From Octopus vulgaris (taxonomy: Eukaryota), in contig OX597836.1 in assembly GCA_951406725.2 (NCBI GenBank), forward strand, positions 23,312,001 to 23,376,000: 64,000 nt of DNA, read 5' to 3'. The translations under genes and the position numbers were made by a program. A model generated the notes under the pieces. The model was not told where the DNA came from, made no database searches, and saw nothing but the letters and a program-made list of their open reading frames with translations. Numbering within the stretch: position 1 is the stretch's first letter; every line of letters starts with the position of its first letter. This document shows positions 1-12,002 of this stretch, in pieces.

Positions 1-60
1 TGTATGTATGTATGTATGTATGTATGTATGTATGTATGTATGTATGTATGTATGTATGTA
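1..60. repeat. (TGTA)n microsatellite
   Basis: Perfect tetranucleotide run at the window start. Confidence 0.95.
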
Positions 61-1112
61 TTTACACCCACACTATATCAAAACGTGTAAAAGATAAGTG
101 TGAACCGAATCCAATTTCTGGTTGCATTATGTCAGTTGAATGTTAGTAGTATGTGAGTATTGTGTCAGTTGAATAATTTCCCATATTTCTTCTTATTCTG
201 GGCCATAATAATAGCATAGTAATATCATATGTTGATGAAGGCTTTTACTCGAGAATGTTTTAATTTTTCTCAAGGGTGGCGTGAGATCACAATTTAAGAG
301 GCTATGATACAACCAGTTCCATTTTGTTTTGGACTCACCACCAGACTTAGCAGATATGAAACCTCTTATCTTCTCATCTTTCATTTAATTGGTTTGGTAA
401 TCATATAAAGTAGAATTAATCTTCAAGTGGGATAAATCTACGAGCTACGTCCAACTGTTGGTTTCATTTCATTTCATGTAGAGGTACCGGGTGTTGCTTG
501 GGTGTCAAATAAATATAGAAACCACCTTTTTTTAAAAATTAAATTTATATTACTAATTTCCTGAATAAAAAGAAAATGCAGCGATTATAGGCAAATTGTG
601 TATTTGGTTAAAAAAATCATGTACTTTTTTCTGGATAAAGACAAAACAAAAAATGTAATTTAAAAATATTCTACGTAATCATAGTCTTTGTGTTCGAAAA
701 TGAATCTGAAAAATATCATAAGAAATTTAAGAAAGGGGGGTGGGGGTGAGGAAACGATGCCAGTAGGTTTACGTGAGAAAGACGGTTCTAATAATGAAGA
801 AAAGAGAAAAGGAAAGAATGTTTATAAATAACTGTTGTTGTTGTCATGGTGTTACTTTGTTGAACCCAAAGATATACATATGTCCTTGTCTCCGTGTCCG
901 TGCTGAGCACGAGCATTCCAAATGGACACATATTACCCCAGGGAAATCTGAAATACTGTTTATTTTTCTCATTATTCTGGAATAATTTATGTAGGCAGAC
1001 TTCAGTAAAGATTCGTAGAGTAATTGTGCGATTTTTCTGGATAAACAGAAAAGATCGATGCTAATCGAGACACATCAAGTCACAAAGGGCAAAAACATTT
1101 GCTAGTTTACTT

Positions 1113-1672
1113 GGATCTCTCTAGTTTCGCTCACAGATTTTAAAATTATTTTTTTAATTAAACAGTTTGAAACTTCATATACTGGTGTAATTTCTCAGCT
1201 GAACACGGTTTACTTTCAACATTTTTGACAAAATTTTATATTTTAGAAGCTGTTTTTCTTTTACTTTTTGATCGATCACCTCTTTGTACGAATGGTGAAA
1301 AGGCAAATGTACAAAGAGGCGATCGAAGAGCAAAAACAACAGCAAAAAAACAAAAAAGCGTGTAATATGCAACAAACAAAATAAAATAAAACAGTGGTGA
1401 CATTTAGTCGAGATGCCCGGAAGTTGTTGCTTTTCGATTACTATCACATATAGCAGTGCCTTTCTTCAGCTGAATACACGTCGCTGGTTGGTCAAAATTA
1501 TCCAAATACGACAAATTTAACACGAAATAACTTCTAAAATACGAAATTTTGTCAAAAATGTTGAAAGTACATCGTGTTCAGCGTGAGAAATTACACCTGT
1601 GTACGAAGTCTCAAACTGTTTAGTTAAAAAAAAAATACGTTAAAAAATCTGTGAGCGAAACTGAAGAGATCC
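1113..1672. mobile_element. Non-autonomous DNA transposon (MITE), Merlin-like
   Basis: Long (~140 bp) imperfect TIRs, GGATCTCTCTAGTTTCGCTCACAGATTTT ... AAAATCTGTGAGCGAAACTGAAGAGATCC. Exact 8-bp TSD GTTTACTT at 1105-1112 and 1673-1680. GG..CC ends with an 8-bp TSD fit Merlin; MULE is not excluded. Confidence 0.85.
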
Positions 1673-2059
1673 GTTTACTTTAGCAAGCTCTGTAACTTAG
1701 AAACAAACTATCGACTTGGCATGTCACCTTCTCTATATCATTAACGCACACACGAAACACATGAGCGATGTAACATAAGCTGAGGAAATACAGGTGAATC
1801 TGTCATGCGTTAAGAACTGATTCTGTCAGTAAAGAATGGTTTTAGAGTATTGGCGGGGCGAAGCTTTTCCGATTGACCTCCAGGGTCATGAAATCTGCGC
1901 TACATAAGTATAATATTTCATTGACAACAAAATGTTATCAAATCAGAGAAAGCACGGGGAGTGAACTTTTACAAAATAGAGGAATGAAATATGAAGTATC
2001 GTGTTTCTAAATTCACTGTATGATCATGTTTAAATCAGTGATCTCACAAACGCCCATCA

Positions 2060-3000
2060 GTCGTAGGGTGACTACAGTCACCCAGAAATGGGCCAAGAGA
2101 TAGCTATCCCTGTAAGCTCGGGCAGAGGTGGCTAACACGTATACCGCATCCGTCATCTACTATCGCTTGACCGTCGTGCCTTGTCCTGGCCACTGTCTGA
2201 TTATGTTGGAGCGTATACTCTTTCGCTTCTTGTGGAAAGAACGTGTCCTGATGGTCAGGCGGTCTATCTGCTGTCAACACCCGCTGAGTGGTGGCCTGGG
2301 CATGCCGTGATTGATGATGGGTAGACATGCGTTGAGGCTACGACATCTCCAGTGCTTCCTTGGTGGTGAACAGGTGTGGTCGCCGTTCGCAGCTAGTTTC
2401 TTTAACGGAACTGCAGTCCTGGGTAAAACAGAGACCGAGGAGGAATATTTGGAAAGTGGAATGTCTTCATCCGCTCACAGCCCTCAGCCAATCGGACACT
2501 GTGATAGGTGGAATGTCCACTTTAGCTTTTTATAGAGGATTAGTGGAAGAAAAGTGCGACGACGTTCTTGGAGAGACCTTGAGCGTCGAAGAAGAACTAG
2601 GCGCTCTTTTCCAGAGAACTTTCGGCCCGGGACCAATGGATGATTTCCAAAAAATCTCTGTCTTGGTTGTGCTACCGGAGAGTTTTGCCTGTAACCTCCA
2701 ACATTATGTGACCTGCTTGCCTTCCCTTGGGCTGCGTCTGAGCATTATCAAGTAGGAGACATTTCCATTGGTTCCAGAGTACTGGGGACTCTGTGGGTAG
2801 CGTTATTGTGATTACGATGCATGCAAAGGTGTAGGAAGGACCTTACTTTGATATATAATCGATTCGAGGATGGTTTTGTTGAATGGTTTATTTTCTTTGG
2901 TATACCATTTTTCTAAGTGTTTTTTTTTCCTTCTGTTTTCTTAGTTGCTCGCCTGGTGTAGCCTGTGTATATTCTTTATAATAAAAAAGTTAAAAAAAAA
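2060..3000 (+). mobile_element. 5'-truncated L1/Tx1-clade LINE remnant (post-RT region plus A-rich tail)
   Basis: Translation KW..R*LSL*ARAEVANTYTASVIYYRL...ILFRFLWK...QHPLSGGLGMP resembles the L1/Tx1 ORF2 thumb motif (W..R.LS..GR / F.FLW / GGLG.P). Contains stops and frameshifts. AATAAA and an A-rich tail at ~2980-3000. Confidence 0.75.
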
Positions 3001-3383
3001 GAATTGAAAAATATTCTTAGAGGTATCCTTCAACAACTTGTTTTCATCTTTAGAAATAAGAATCAGCAGCAGTGGATCGGTAAACATGTGGCGGAGATAA
3101 TTTTTTTTTTTATTATATGAGAAACTTCAATTTATAGAATTTACGAATTTTTGACATTGGAACGAGATCCAGTTTCATGTACATGTAAGTCGATGGAATC
3201 CGTCTATATAGAGTTCTCTTTACGGGAGAAAAAAAATTTCAGTAAGAGACGCATAATCTGTTAGAGTCCTAAATTCCTGGAATAGTGTTATAAATAAATT
3301 TGTACTCACAAATACTCATAACGTATAATGTATAATTTAAATATTTTATAACTAGAGAGAGAACTCATTCATAACCTGAGACT

Positions 3384-3627
<244 letters not shown>

Positions 3628-3679
3628 ATACATTAAAATGTAGACAACGCATATACTTTTGGAATTCGTCTTATACATA

Positions 3680-4480
3680 GGAAGTATGTTCCAGAAGGTT
3701 ATCTTATACATCTAATTAGATAACCTGCTGCTTTTTTTTAAAATTCCAGATTGAAGGAGATGGCTGTAACATCTCTTTGAACACGGCCTGCAAAACACTG
3801 CTTGTCTCAATTGACTAGTTTGGGAATGCAGTCGGGACGGGAAGAGAATCTGAATGTTTGCTATGCAATAAAGTTGTGTTAACCTGGGCAAAAACTTATG
3901 AAATGCTCCAGTCGGTCATGGATTAACTTGTATGAGCCGATCGTCTGTTTATTAAGAGGTTGAAGGACGGCGGGGGATGGAGGTGAGAGACGATGAGAGG
4001 TGTGGGAGGGATAGTGACGTCAGAACATCAGAGTTGATTGAGAAAGCCGTCGTGTGTCCATAAAGACAATAAGAACAAAGTTTAGAGTTGGTGTGACAAC
4101 TGAAGATGCGCAAAACTTGTGCAAAGTTAGTTCTCAGAGGGCTCAGTAACGAACAGAAGCAAAGACGCATTGGTGACCGCAGGGATATGGTTGGGTTCAT
4201 AATCCCCAATCTAAGAATGCTTGAGTCTCCGGTGACCTGTGACGAAAACTGGATCAACTGTTATGATTGAGTGACTAAGGGACAGAGTTCCCAATGGAAA
4301 AGCATCCTGCCCCCCCCCCCCCCACCGCCAAACCCAAGAAAGCCAGGCAAAGCGAATCCACTGAGAAGCTCGTCATAATCCCCTTTTTCGAGAGCTAGGG
4401 TATCATATATAGACGGCCAGTGAAAAAAAAGTGCTTTGTGGAGATTTTGAGGGAGTTCAGGAAGAGATTTCGTTGCAAAA
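3680..4480 (+). pseudogene. Decayed mariner transposase
   Basis: ATG at 3826 (MQSGREENLNVCYAIKLC), then MRKTCAKLVLRGLSNEQKQRR, VTCDENWI.CYD and PKPKKARQS..T.KL, i.e. the mariner WVP-like linker and first catalytic Asp motif. Frameshifted and truncated at ~4480. The 5' boundary is approximate. Confidence 0.8.
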
Positions 4481-4650
4481 GACCTGTTGACAAAATTCCG
4501 TGCTGCACGGAATTTTCTCAGTCAACAGGTCGCGGTCTCAAAGCGACGAAAATATTTTGGCAGATTAAATTTAAATGTTGAAGTGAATCTGAAGGTTTTT
4601 GTGTGTTTCTTAAATGGCTTATAAACACTTTCCACGCTGCAATTGTAGTT
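4481..4650 (+). mobile_element. Palindrome-headed short element with a degenerate hammerhead-like fold (putative PLE terminal remnant)
   Basis: Inverted repeat 4481-4503 / 4505-4531 with a 4-nt bulge, followed by GTCGC-loop-GCGAC-GAAA and palindromic AATATT (4529-4556). Confidence 0.4.
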
Positions 4651-4733
4651 ATAGTTATAGAGTTACGTAAGAATAATTGAAACAGAGCTAGTGATTGAAT
4701 ATTTGGTTGTGATTGAAAAGATATTGTCTTCCA

Positions 4734-4795
<62 letters not shown>

Positions 4796-4839
4796 TATAA
4801 ATATGTGTGTGGGACCATTTGTGTATATCTGTATATTCT

Positions 4840-5537
4840 TTTATTCTTTTACTCTTTTACTTGCCTGGGTCATTTGACTGCGACCATGCTGGAGCACCGA
4901 CTTTGGTCAAACAAATCGACCCCAGGATTCTAAGCCTAGTACTTATTCCATCGGTCTCTTTTGCCGAACCGCTAAATTACGGGGACGTAAACACACCAAC
5001 ATCGGTTGTCAAGCGATGGTGACAAGACTAACACAGACACACAAATACATACATGCATACATACACACATGCATGCATACATACATACATACATACATAC
5101 ATACATACTTATATACATATATGACGGGCTTCTTTCAGTTTCCTATTTCTTTGCTACCCACAAGGGGCTAAACACAGAGAGGACAAACAAGGACAGACAA
5201 ACGGATTAAATCGATTATATCGACCCCAGTGCATAACTGGTACTAATTTAATCGACCCCGAAAGGATGAAAGGCAAAGTCAACCTCGGCGGAATTTGAAC
5301 TCAGAACGTAGCGGCAGACGAAATACCGGTAAGCATTTCGCCCGGCGCGCTAACGTTTCTGCCAGCTCGCCGCCTTATTTCAGCTTCTTTCAGTTTCCAT
5401 CTACCAAATCCACTCACAAGGCTTTGGTTGGCCTGCGGCTATTGTAGAAGACACGCCCAAGGTGTCACGCGGTTGGACTGAACCCGGAACCATGTGGTTG
5501 GGACGTAGGCTTCTTACCACACAGTCACTCATGCTCC
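4840..5537 (-). mobile_element. tRNA-derived SINE family A (GGCGCAGGAGTGGCTGTGTGG head), interrupted by a family B SINE
   Basis: Reverse complement aligns by eye with the family A copy at 6418-6870: same head, internal microsatellite and (GTAAAAGA)n tail. Confidence 0.9.
5144..5374 (-). mobile_element. tRNA-derived SINE family B (GGCGGCGAGCTGGCAGAA head) nested in SINE A
   Basis: Matches copies at 31729 and 51029. 16-bp TSD GCTTCTTTCAGTTTCC at 5128-5143 and 5383-5398. Confidence 0.92.
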
Positions 5538-5584
5538 TATATGTGAATGCTTTATATCAACATATCTTTATATGTATTTGTTCA

Positions 5585-5684
<100 letters not shown>

Positions 5685-5696
5685 GTGTAGTATGTA

Positions 5697-5998
5697 TACT
5701 CTTTTACTCTTTTACTTGTTTCAGCCATTTGGCTGCGATCATGCTGGAGCATCGCCTTTAGTCGAAGAAATCGACTCCAGGACTTATTCTTTGTAAGCCT
5801 AGTACTTATTCTATCGGTCTCTTAACATAAACACACCAGCATTGGTTGTCAAGCGATGGTGAAGGGACAAACACAGACACACAAGTACGTACAGTTTCCG
5901 TCTACCAAGGCTATAGTAGAAGACATCTGCCCAAGATGTCACGCAGTAGGACTGAACCTAGAACCATGTGGTTGGGAAGCAAGCTTCTTACCAACCAC
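5697..5998 (-). mobile_element. SINE family A, internally deleted
   Basis: Homologous to 6418-6870 with several internal deletions. Confidence 0.85.
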
Positions 5999-6047
5999 GC
6001 ACACACACACAAACACACACACACACACACGCGCGCACACACACGCG

Positions 6048-6110
<63 letters not shown>

Positions 6111-6417
6111 GTATGAATATTTATATATGGTTATACATACATATAGATATACACATAAGCATATATTTAGTAGAAGTACTCATAGCTCGGCTGGATGTGC
6201 ACAAAGAAGCGTAGATATTTTATCGATTCAGAAGCGAGGAAATGCAAAGTTGACCTCGGCGGGATTTGAACTCAGAACATACAGAGTCAGAAGAAATGTC
6301 AGGAAGCATTTGTCCGACGCGCTAACGATTCGGTCAGCTCCCTGTGTTTTGGCCTTCATATTAAAATGTCAAACTGTCAAACTGTAACTGGAAATTCTAA
6401 ACGTAATAACTACATTA

Positions 6418-6586
6418 GGCGCAGGAGTGGCTGTGTGGTAAGTAGCTTGCTAACCAACCACATGGTTCCGGGTTCAGTCCCACTGCGTGGCACCTTGGGC
6501 AAGTGTCTTCTACTATGGCCTCGGGCCGACCAAAGCCTTGTGAGTGGATTTGGTAGACGGAAACTGAAAGAAGCCCGTCGTATATA

Positions 6587-6642
<56 letters not shown>

Positions 6643-6870
6643 TGTATGTGTTTGTGTGTCTGTATTTGTCCCCCTAGCATTGCTTGACAACCGATGCTGA
6701 TGTGTTTATGTCCCCGTTACTTAGTGGTTCGGCAAAAGAGACCGATAAAATAAGTACTGGGCTTACAAAAGAATAAGTCCCGGGGTCGAGTTGCTCGATT
6801 AAAGGCGGTGCTCCAGCATGGCCGCAGTCAAATGACTGAAACAAGTAAAAGAGTAAAAGAGTAAAGAGTA
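6418..6870 (+). mobile_element. SINE family A, full length
   Basis: A-box TGGCTGTGTGG, B-box-like GGTTCAGTCC, CORE-like ACCTTGGGCAAGTG, internal (TA)n/(TG)n and (GTAAAAGA)n tail. At least 8 copies in the window. Confidence 0.92.
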
Positions 6871-7200
6871 TTACAAAGATTTCTCGTTGTTCTTCTGACT
6901 TCCCAATAGACGAGTAGACATTCTGCCCGTGAATAGATAACATGGTGATTTCACACCCTCATCAACTACATCTTTACGAAGCTAGGGAAACGGTAGAGAT
7001 AGCGTTTTTTACTGTGTTGTTCTTACTTCTGTTGTAATTCTAAACATTTGTAGAGACTTGAAATGGTAAATCATTGAAGTGTAGACAGTCTTAAGATAGC
7101 GGAGTGTAGCACTTGTGTATTTATCAAAGCGTTGCAAATAAAGCAAGCGTCTCGGGAACCCCGAACCGCTCTGAACAGCCTTGAATTGTCTCAAGCGGGG

Positions 7201-7339
7201 AAAATTCTTTCTACCGCACCCCGCTTCAATTTGGTTACTCGTCTGTCCCAGATGATCTGTGACCTCGAAGGGATTCGAACTCCATTCCCGGATTAAAGCA
7301 AATCATCTGTCAGTCGCTAGACTGTCTCCGCCATGTTGC
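7201..7339 (-). ncRNA. tRNA-like Pol III unit (A and B boxes); head of a rare SINE or a small RNA candidate
   Basis: Minus strand reads GCAACATGGCGGAGACAGTCTAGCG ... GAGTTCGAATCCC. 8-bp stem 7249-7256 / 7302-7309. T4 on the minus strand at 7201-7204. No proper cloverleaf. Confidence 0.35.
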
Positions 7340-7800
7340 TCTATCGTACATAAATTTAATAATAAAAAAAAATATAAATAAGACTAGATAAAAACCAAAA
7401 TTGTACTTAACCATTTCATTGGTTGCCAGGGGAAAAGTTTAAATGATTATAAGATTACTGAGATTTGGCGTCGATTTGTCTGCAACACAAATTGAAGAAT
7501 ATAAGAAAGAGTTTTTTTTTAGTGAACCTTCAAAGTTCAGTGGAAATCTAAGCAGACCGATCGACTTTTGCACCATGGCACCGCTTGATGGGACTGGAGG
7601 CGATGTAGCATAGATCAAGGGAATATTAAGTTCAAATGGGAATAAGGAAGCAAGGAAAAGCCATGCACAACGAGGTCATTCGCACTAAAAACTACGTTTG
7701 TAGACAATAATGGCGATGATGAAGACAGAGAATCTCAACAGGGACATCTAAACAGCTTTTTTGTCCCTTTACTTGTATTCCTTTTATTTATCATAGCCTC

Positions 7801-7948
7801 TTGTTGTTGTTGTTGTTCTTCTTCTTCTTCTTCCTCCACCTCCTCCTTCTCCTCCTCCTCCTTCTCTTCCTCCTCCTCGAGCATGAACAACATAAATTAC
7901 TATAATAACCACCACCACCACCACCACCACCACCACCACCACCAACCC

Positions 7949-7993
<45 letters not shown>

Positions 7994-8023
7994 TTACTGC
8001 TGCTGCTGCTACTACTACTACTG

Positions 8024-8080
<57 letters not shown>
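7801..8080. repeat. Compound trinucleotide microsatellites (TTG/TTC/CCT/CCA/CTA)
   Basis: Read directly; source of the poly-H/poly-L ORF artefact. Confidence 0.95.
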
Positions 8081-8615
8081 TTCCTCTTTATCTCCTACCC
8101 CGCCATCATATTTGTTGTTGGTATTGCTGTTTTTGTTCTCCATAAAGGTCACATTACATAAAAACTTTGCGTTGGAGATATTTTTTCTAGAATTAGCGTA
8201 TGAAAAAAAGAAATTCTTTGCTTGCTTTGTTCTTTTGCGGCCTCAAATCTTCAGAATATTTGAACGCCTACTCCATTACCTGGGGTAAAGGAAATGTCTG
8301 TTTCTTTGACATTTCAAAGAATAATTATAACATAATTTTGAATTTGAAATATTTATACATTCAAGATGGCTGCCTGAGACGTGGTGGGAAAAGGTGCTTC
8401 TCACAATGATGGCAGCACCAATATCCGCACCATTCTAGGTCCCGGTGAAATCAATGCAATGGACCCTATAATACATATTTTGTTGACAGCAAACCACAAA
8501 ATAGATCAGAATTAGATCCCTGGACTTGTGATGCGCCCGGGGCCAATCAATGCCTTGTTGATAACAAGCCACAATATATCTGAGTGACCTCTGGGATTCG
8601 ATGACAGTCTGGACT

Positions 8616-8963
8616 GGGAAGCACTCCGTCGGTTACGACGACGAGGGTTCCGGTTGATCCGAATCAACGGAACAGCCTGCTCGTGAAATTAACGTGTAAG
8701 TGGCTGAGCACTCCACGGACACGTGTACCCTTAACGTAGTTCTCGGGGATATTCAGCGTGACACAGAAAGTGACAAGGCCGGCCCTTTGAAATACAGGTA
8801 CAACAGAAACAGGAAGTAAGAATGGGAGAAAATTGTGGTGAAAGAGTACAGCAGGGATCACCACCACCCCCTACTGGAGCCTCAACGCCCGGTCTGGGAA
8901 TCGAAACCGCGATCCTATGACCGCGAATCCGCTGCCCTAACCACTGGGCCATTGCGCCTCCAC
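8616..8963 (-). mobile_element. tRNA-derived SINE family C (GGAGGCGCAATGGCCCAGTGG head)
   Basis: Homologous to the copies at 9448 and 15158, with a short internal deletion after the head. 12-bp TSD ACAGTCTGGACT at 8604-8615 and 8964-8975. Confidence 0.92.
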
Positions 8964-9447
8964 ACAGTCTGGACTAACATGCCACTGTAAGGGATGTTTC
9001 TACTGTGGATTTGGTGGTTTAGTGTCATACTTTTACTAGTGCATCGAGTCCCTGGAAGATGAGTGAAGGGACAGTCACACATCAGATATACTCCTTCGTG
9101 TTGGGAATAACACAGATTTTAGGATTCTGGGTTACAAGTATAGAAGTTATCAGGTGTGATTTAGCATTTAGTGGTGGTGGTGGTGATGGTGTAAGAGGTA
9201 TGTTTTGGTATTGACTGCTATTGCTTGTACGAAGTGTGCATCTTGTCCTAGGTAAATGGATGAAGTTACAGTCACTGTGAATGCATAGTCTCTCGCGTTG
9301 TGAATAGCGGCATATTTTGGGGTTTCGTGCGTTCATAGTTTTACTTTATTTACAGTTGGCAGATTTACCACGGAGCTGTCAGGTATACATTCAGAGGGGG
9401 ACAGTGGAGGGGGGAGGAGTGATTCTTCATTAATCGGAGTAGTAGTA

Positions 9448-9832
9448 GTGGAGGCGCAATGGCCCAGTGGTTAGGGCAGCGGACTCGTGGTCATAGGATC
9501 GCGGTTTCGATTCTCAGACCGGGCGTTGTGAGTGTTTATTGAGCGAAAACACCTAAAAGCTTCACGAAGCTCCGGTAGGGGATGGTGGTAATCCCTACGG
9601 TACTCTTTCACCACAACTTTCTCTCACTCTTACTTCCTGTTTCTGTTGTACCTGTATTTCAAGGGGCCGGCCTTGTCACTCTCTGTGTCACGCTGAATAT
9701 CCCCGAGAACTACGTTAAGGGTGCACGTGTATGTGGAGTGCTCAGCCACTTACACGTTAATTTCACGCGCAGGCTGTTCCGTTGATTCAGATCAACCGGA
9801 ACCCTCATCGTCGTAACCGACGGAGTGCTTCC
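9448..9832 (+). mobile_element. SINE family C, full length
   Basis: A box TGGCCCAGTGG, B box GGTTTCGATTC. Flanked on both sides by TAGTAGT(G). Confidence 0.92.
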
Positions 9833-10362
9833 TAGTAGTGGTAATGGTAGTAGCAGTAGAATAAGATGACAATGGTAATGATGGGTCTCTTGTGTTATTC
9901 TGAGAAGAAACTGAGTGGCCTGACTGCGGAGAAGAGCTAAGGACTGTGCTGTTTAATAGGTCATCAATTGTTCTAGTATTGATGAGTGACTTCAAATACT
10001 GATCTTTATTGTTGTTGCTATTGTTTTCCAAGAAAATGTGGAAGTGGACAGCTGAACTGGGAAAGGGTTTGATGAAATCTCCGTCTCGGATATTGGTGTC
10101 AGAGGAATCGTTGCCCCAGCATTTCCCAGTTTCGTTTTAATCTTCAGTTGTGGTAAGGGCAGTAACAGTAGAACAAGATGACAATGATGATGATGATGAT
10201 GGGTCACTTGTGGTATTCCAAGAAAACGAGGAAGTGGATAGCTGAACTGTGAAGGGCTCTTCACTGCGGATTTTAATAGTTAATCAATTGTGCTAGTACT
10301 GAAAGAGTGGTCGTTGTTGTTGTTGTGGTTGCTATACTGGTGTTATATATTTAGACACACAC

Positions 10363-10477
<115 letters not shown>

Positions 10478-10771
10478 CACACACACACACACACACTTAC
10501 ACACACACAATTTTAGTTCTAATGTTGAAGATGCTTTAGTCCGGTAATATATCTTTCTAGTTATTTTAGGGGGATTTTCTTTTTATTTATTTTAGTTCTT
10601 TGTTCTTATTTTGTGAAGAAACCTAACTTAATAGAAACCTAATATTGAATTTTGCACACCCACAAAATTTTAGCGTGTGCCAGTGCACCCCCTGCACCCC
10701 CTGTTCCCGGGCCCTTGGATGTAGAAATCCAGATGTTGAAAGAGATCTATCGGTCTTTAACAGGAATATTC

Positions 10772-10837
<66 letters not shown>

Positions 10838-11139
10838 GGAGATATGTGGTATCGATGTGTCCAGTGTGTTACTAGTTATAATGTGAGAATAGTTTATCAG
10901 TTAATACCAACGAAATATGTTGTCAGACGTCTGGGACGAAATGTTTTTGTGTTTATCCTATAAAGAATTGTGGAGGATTATACCGGGGTGGTTACAACAT
11001 ATCCCAGGTGAATTGGCTTTCGAGTGCCCTGATCACCCAGGAAGGTACAGGTAAAAACATAAACAATGGCACAAGATGGGGTAGTAGTGGGTCTTTTGGA
11101 AGGTATCGTGACCTAAATGAGGGTCCCCTAACTATAGTG

Positions 11140-11528
11140 TAAGGTGTTCAGTTTCCTTCCCAAAAACATGGTTCCAGGTTCAATCCCACTGCATATCACC
11201 TTGGAATATAACCTCGGGCCAAGCAAATCCAAAGTAAGTGGATTTGGTGAACAGAAACTGAAAGAAGCCTGTCGCTTATATATATATATATGTTCTTCGT
11301 GTGTGTGTCTTTCTGTCTGTGTTTGTTCCCCACCACTACTTGACAACAAGTGTTGGCACATTTACGTCCCCGTAAGCTAGTGGTTCAGCTAAAGGGCCCG
11401 ATAGAATTAGTACCATGCTTAAAAAATTAAGTACTGGGATCGATTCATTCGACTAAAAGTTCCTCAAGTCAAGGCATTGCCCCAGTATGGCCACAGTCTA
11501 ATGACTGAAAGAAGTGAAAGATAAAAGA
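11140..11528 (+). mobile_element. SINE family A, diverged
   Basis: Colinear with 6418-6870 with many substitutions. Confidence 0.85.
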
Positions 11529-11547
11529 CACACACACATACATTTAC

Positions 11548-11749
11548 ATGTGACCGCGTGTGTACCGTTGGCGATTTTTTTCCCTCTGTCTTCCCTTCTC
11601 TGGATCTTTCCTTCTCCTATGTTTCCGACGAAGAGCTCCGCTCGAAACGTTAAACCCTCCTTCTTTCCTTCTTTCCTGAGCGTCCAATAATACTATATTT
11701 GTTCCACGTCCTCGCATTGTTGTGTTTTTTTGTGCTTTCTTGTTTGGAT

Positions 11750-11753
<4 letters not shown>
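11548..11753 (+). mobile_element. Short HHR-bearing element, family H2, ending at (TA)n
   Basis: Pyrimidine-rich element containing the HHR fold at 11621-11655. Shares TTCCTGAGCG, TAATAC and CCAC downstream blocks with family H1. Its 3' end recurs at 52419-52478. Confidence 0.65.
11621..11655 (+). ncRNA. Minimal type I hammerhead ribozyme fold (C4 variant)
   Basis: GTTT | CCGACGA | A | GAGC-TCC-GCTC | GAAA | CGT-T | AAAC. Stem I GTTT/AAAC, palindromic stem III ACGT, predicted GUU cleavage site. Confidence 0.65.
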
Positions 11754-11809
<56 letters not shown>

Positions 11810-11814
11810 GTAGA

Positions 11815-11861
<47 letters not shown>

Positions 11862-12002
11862 GTTTATTCTGTTGTTACCTGTTCTCTACGGGCATAGTGT
11901 GTCTGCAAACCAATGCCCAGAGATAACACGGGTAACTGATACCGATAGTATATATGGACATTTTATTTCCTAGTTGGTTATTATAACCGCTAACTCTGCT
12001 TA

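Noticed and set aside
9448-9525. tRNA genes at SINE heads (families A, B, C)
   Set aside because: A/B boxes are present, but the heads run into SINE bodies with TSDs and lack a proper acceptor stem.
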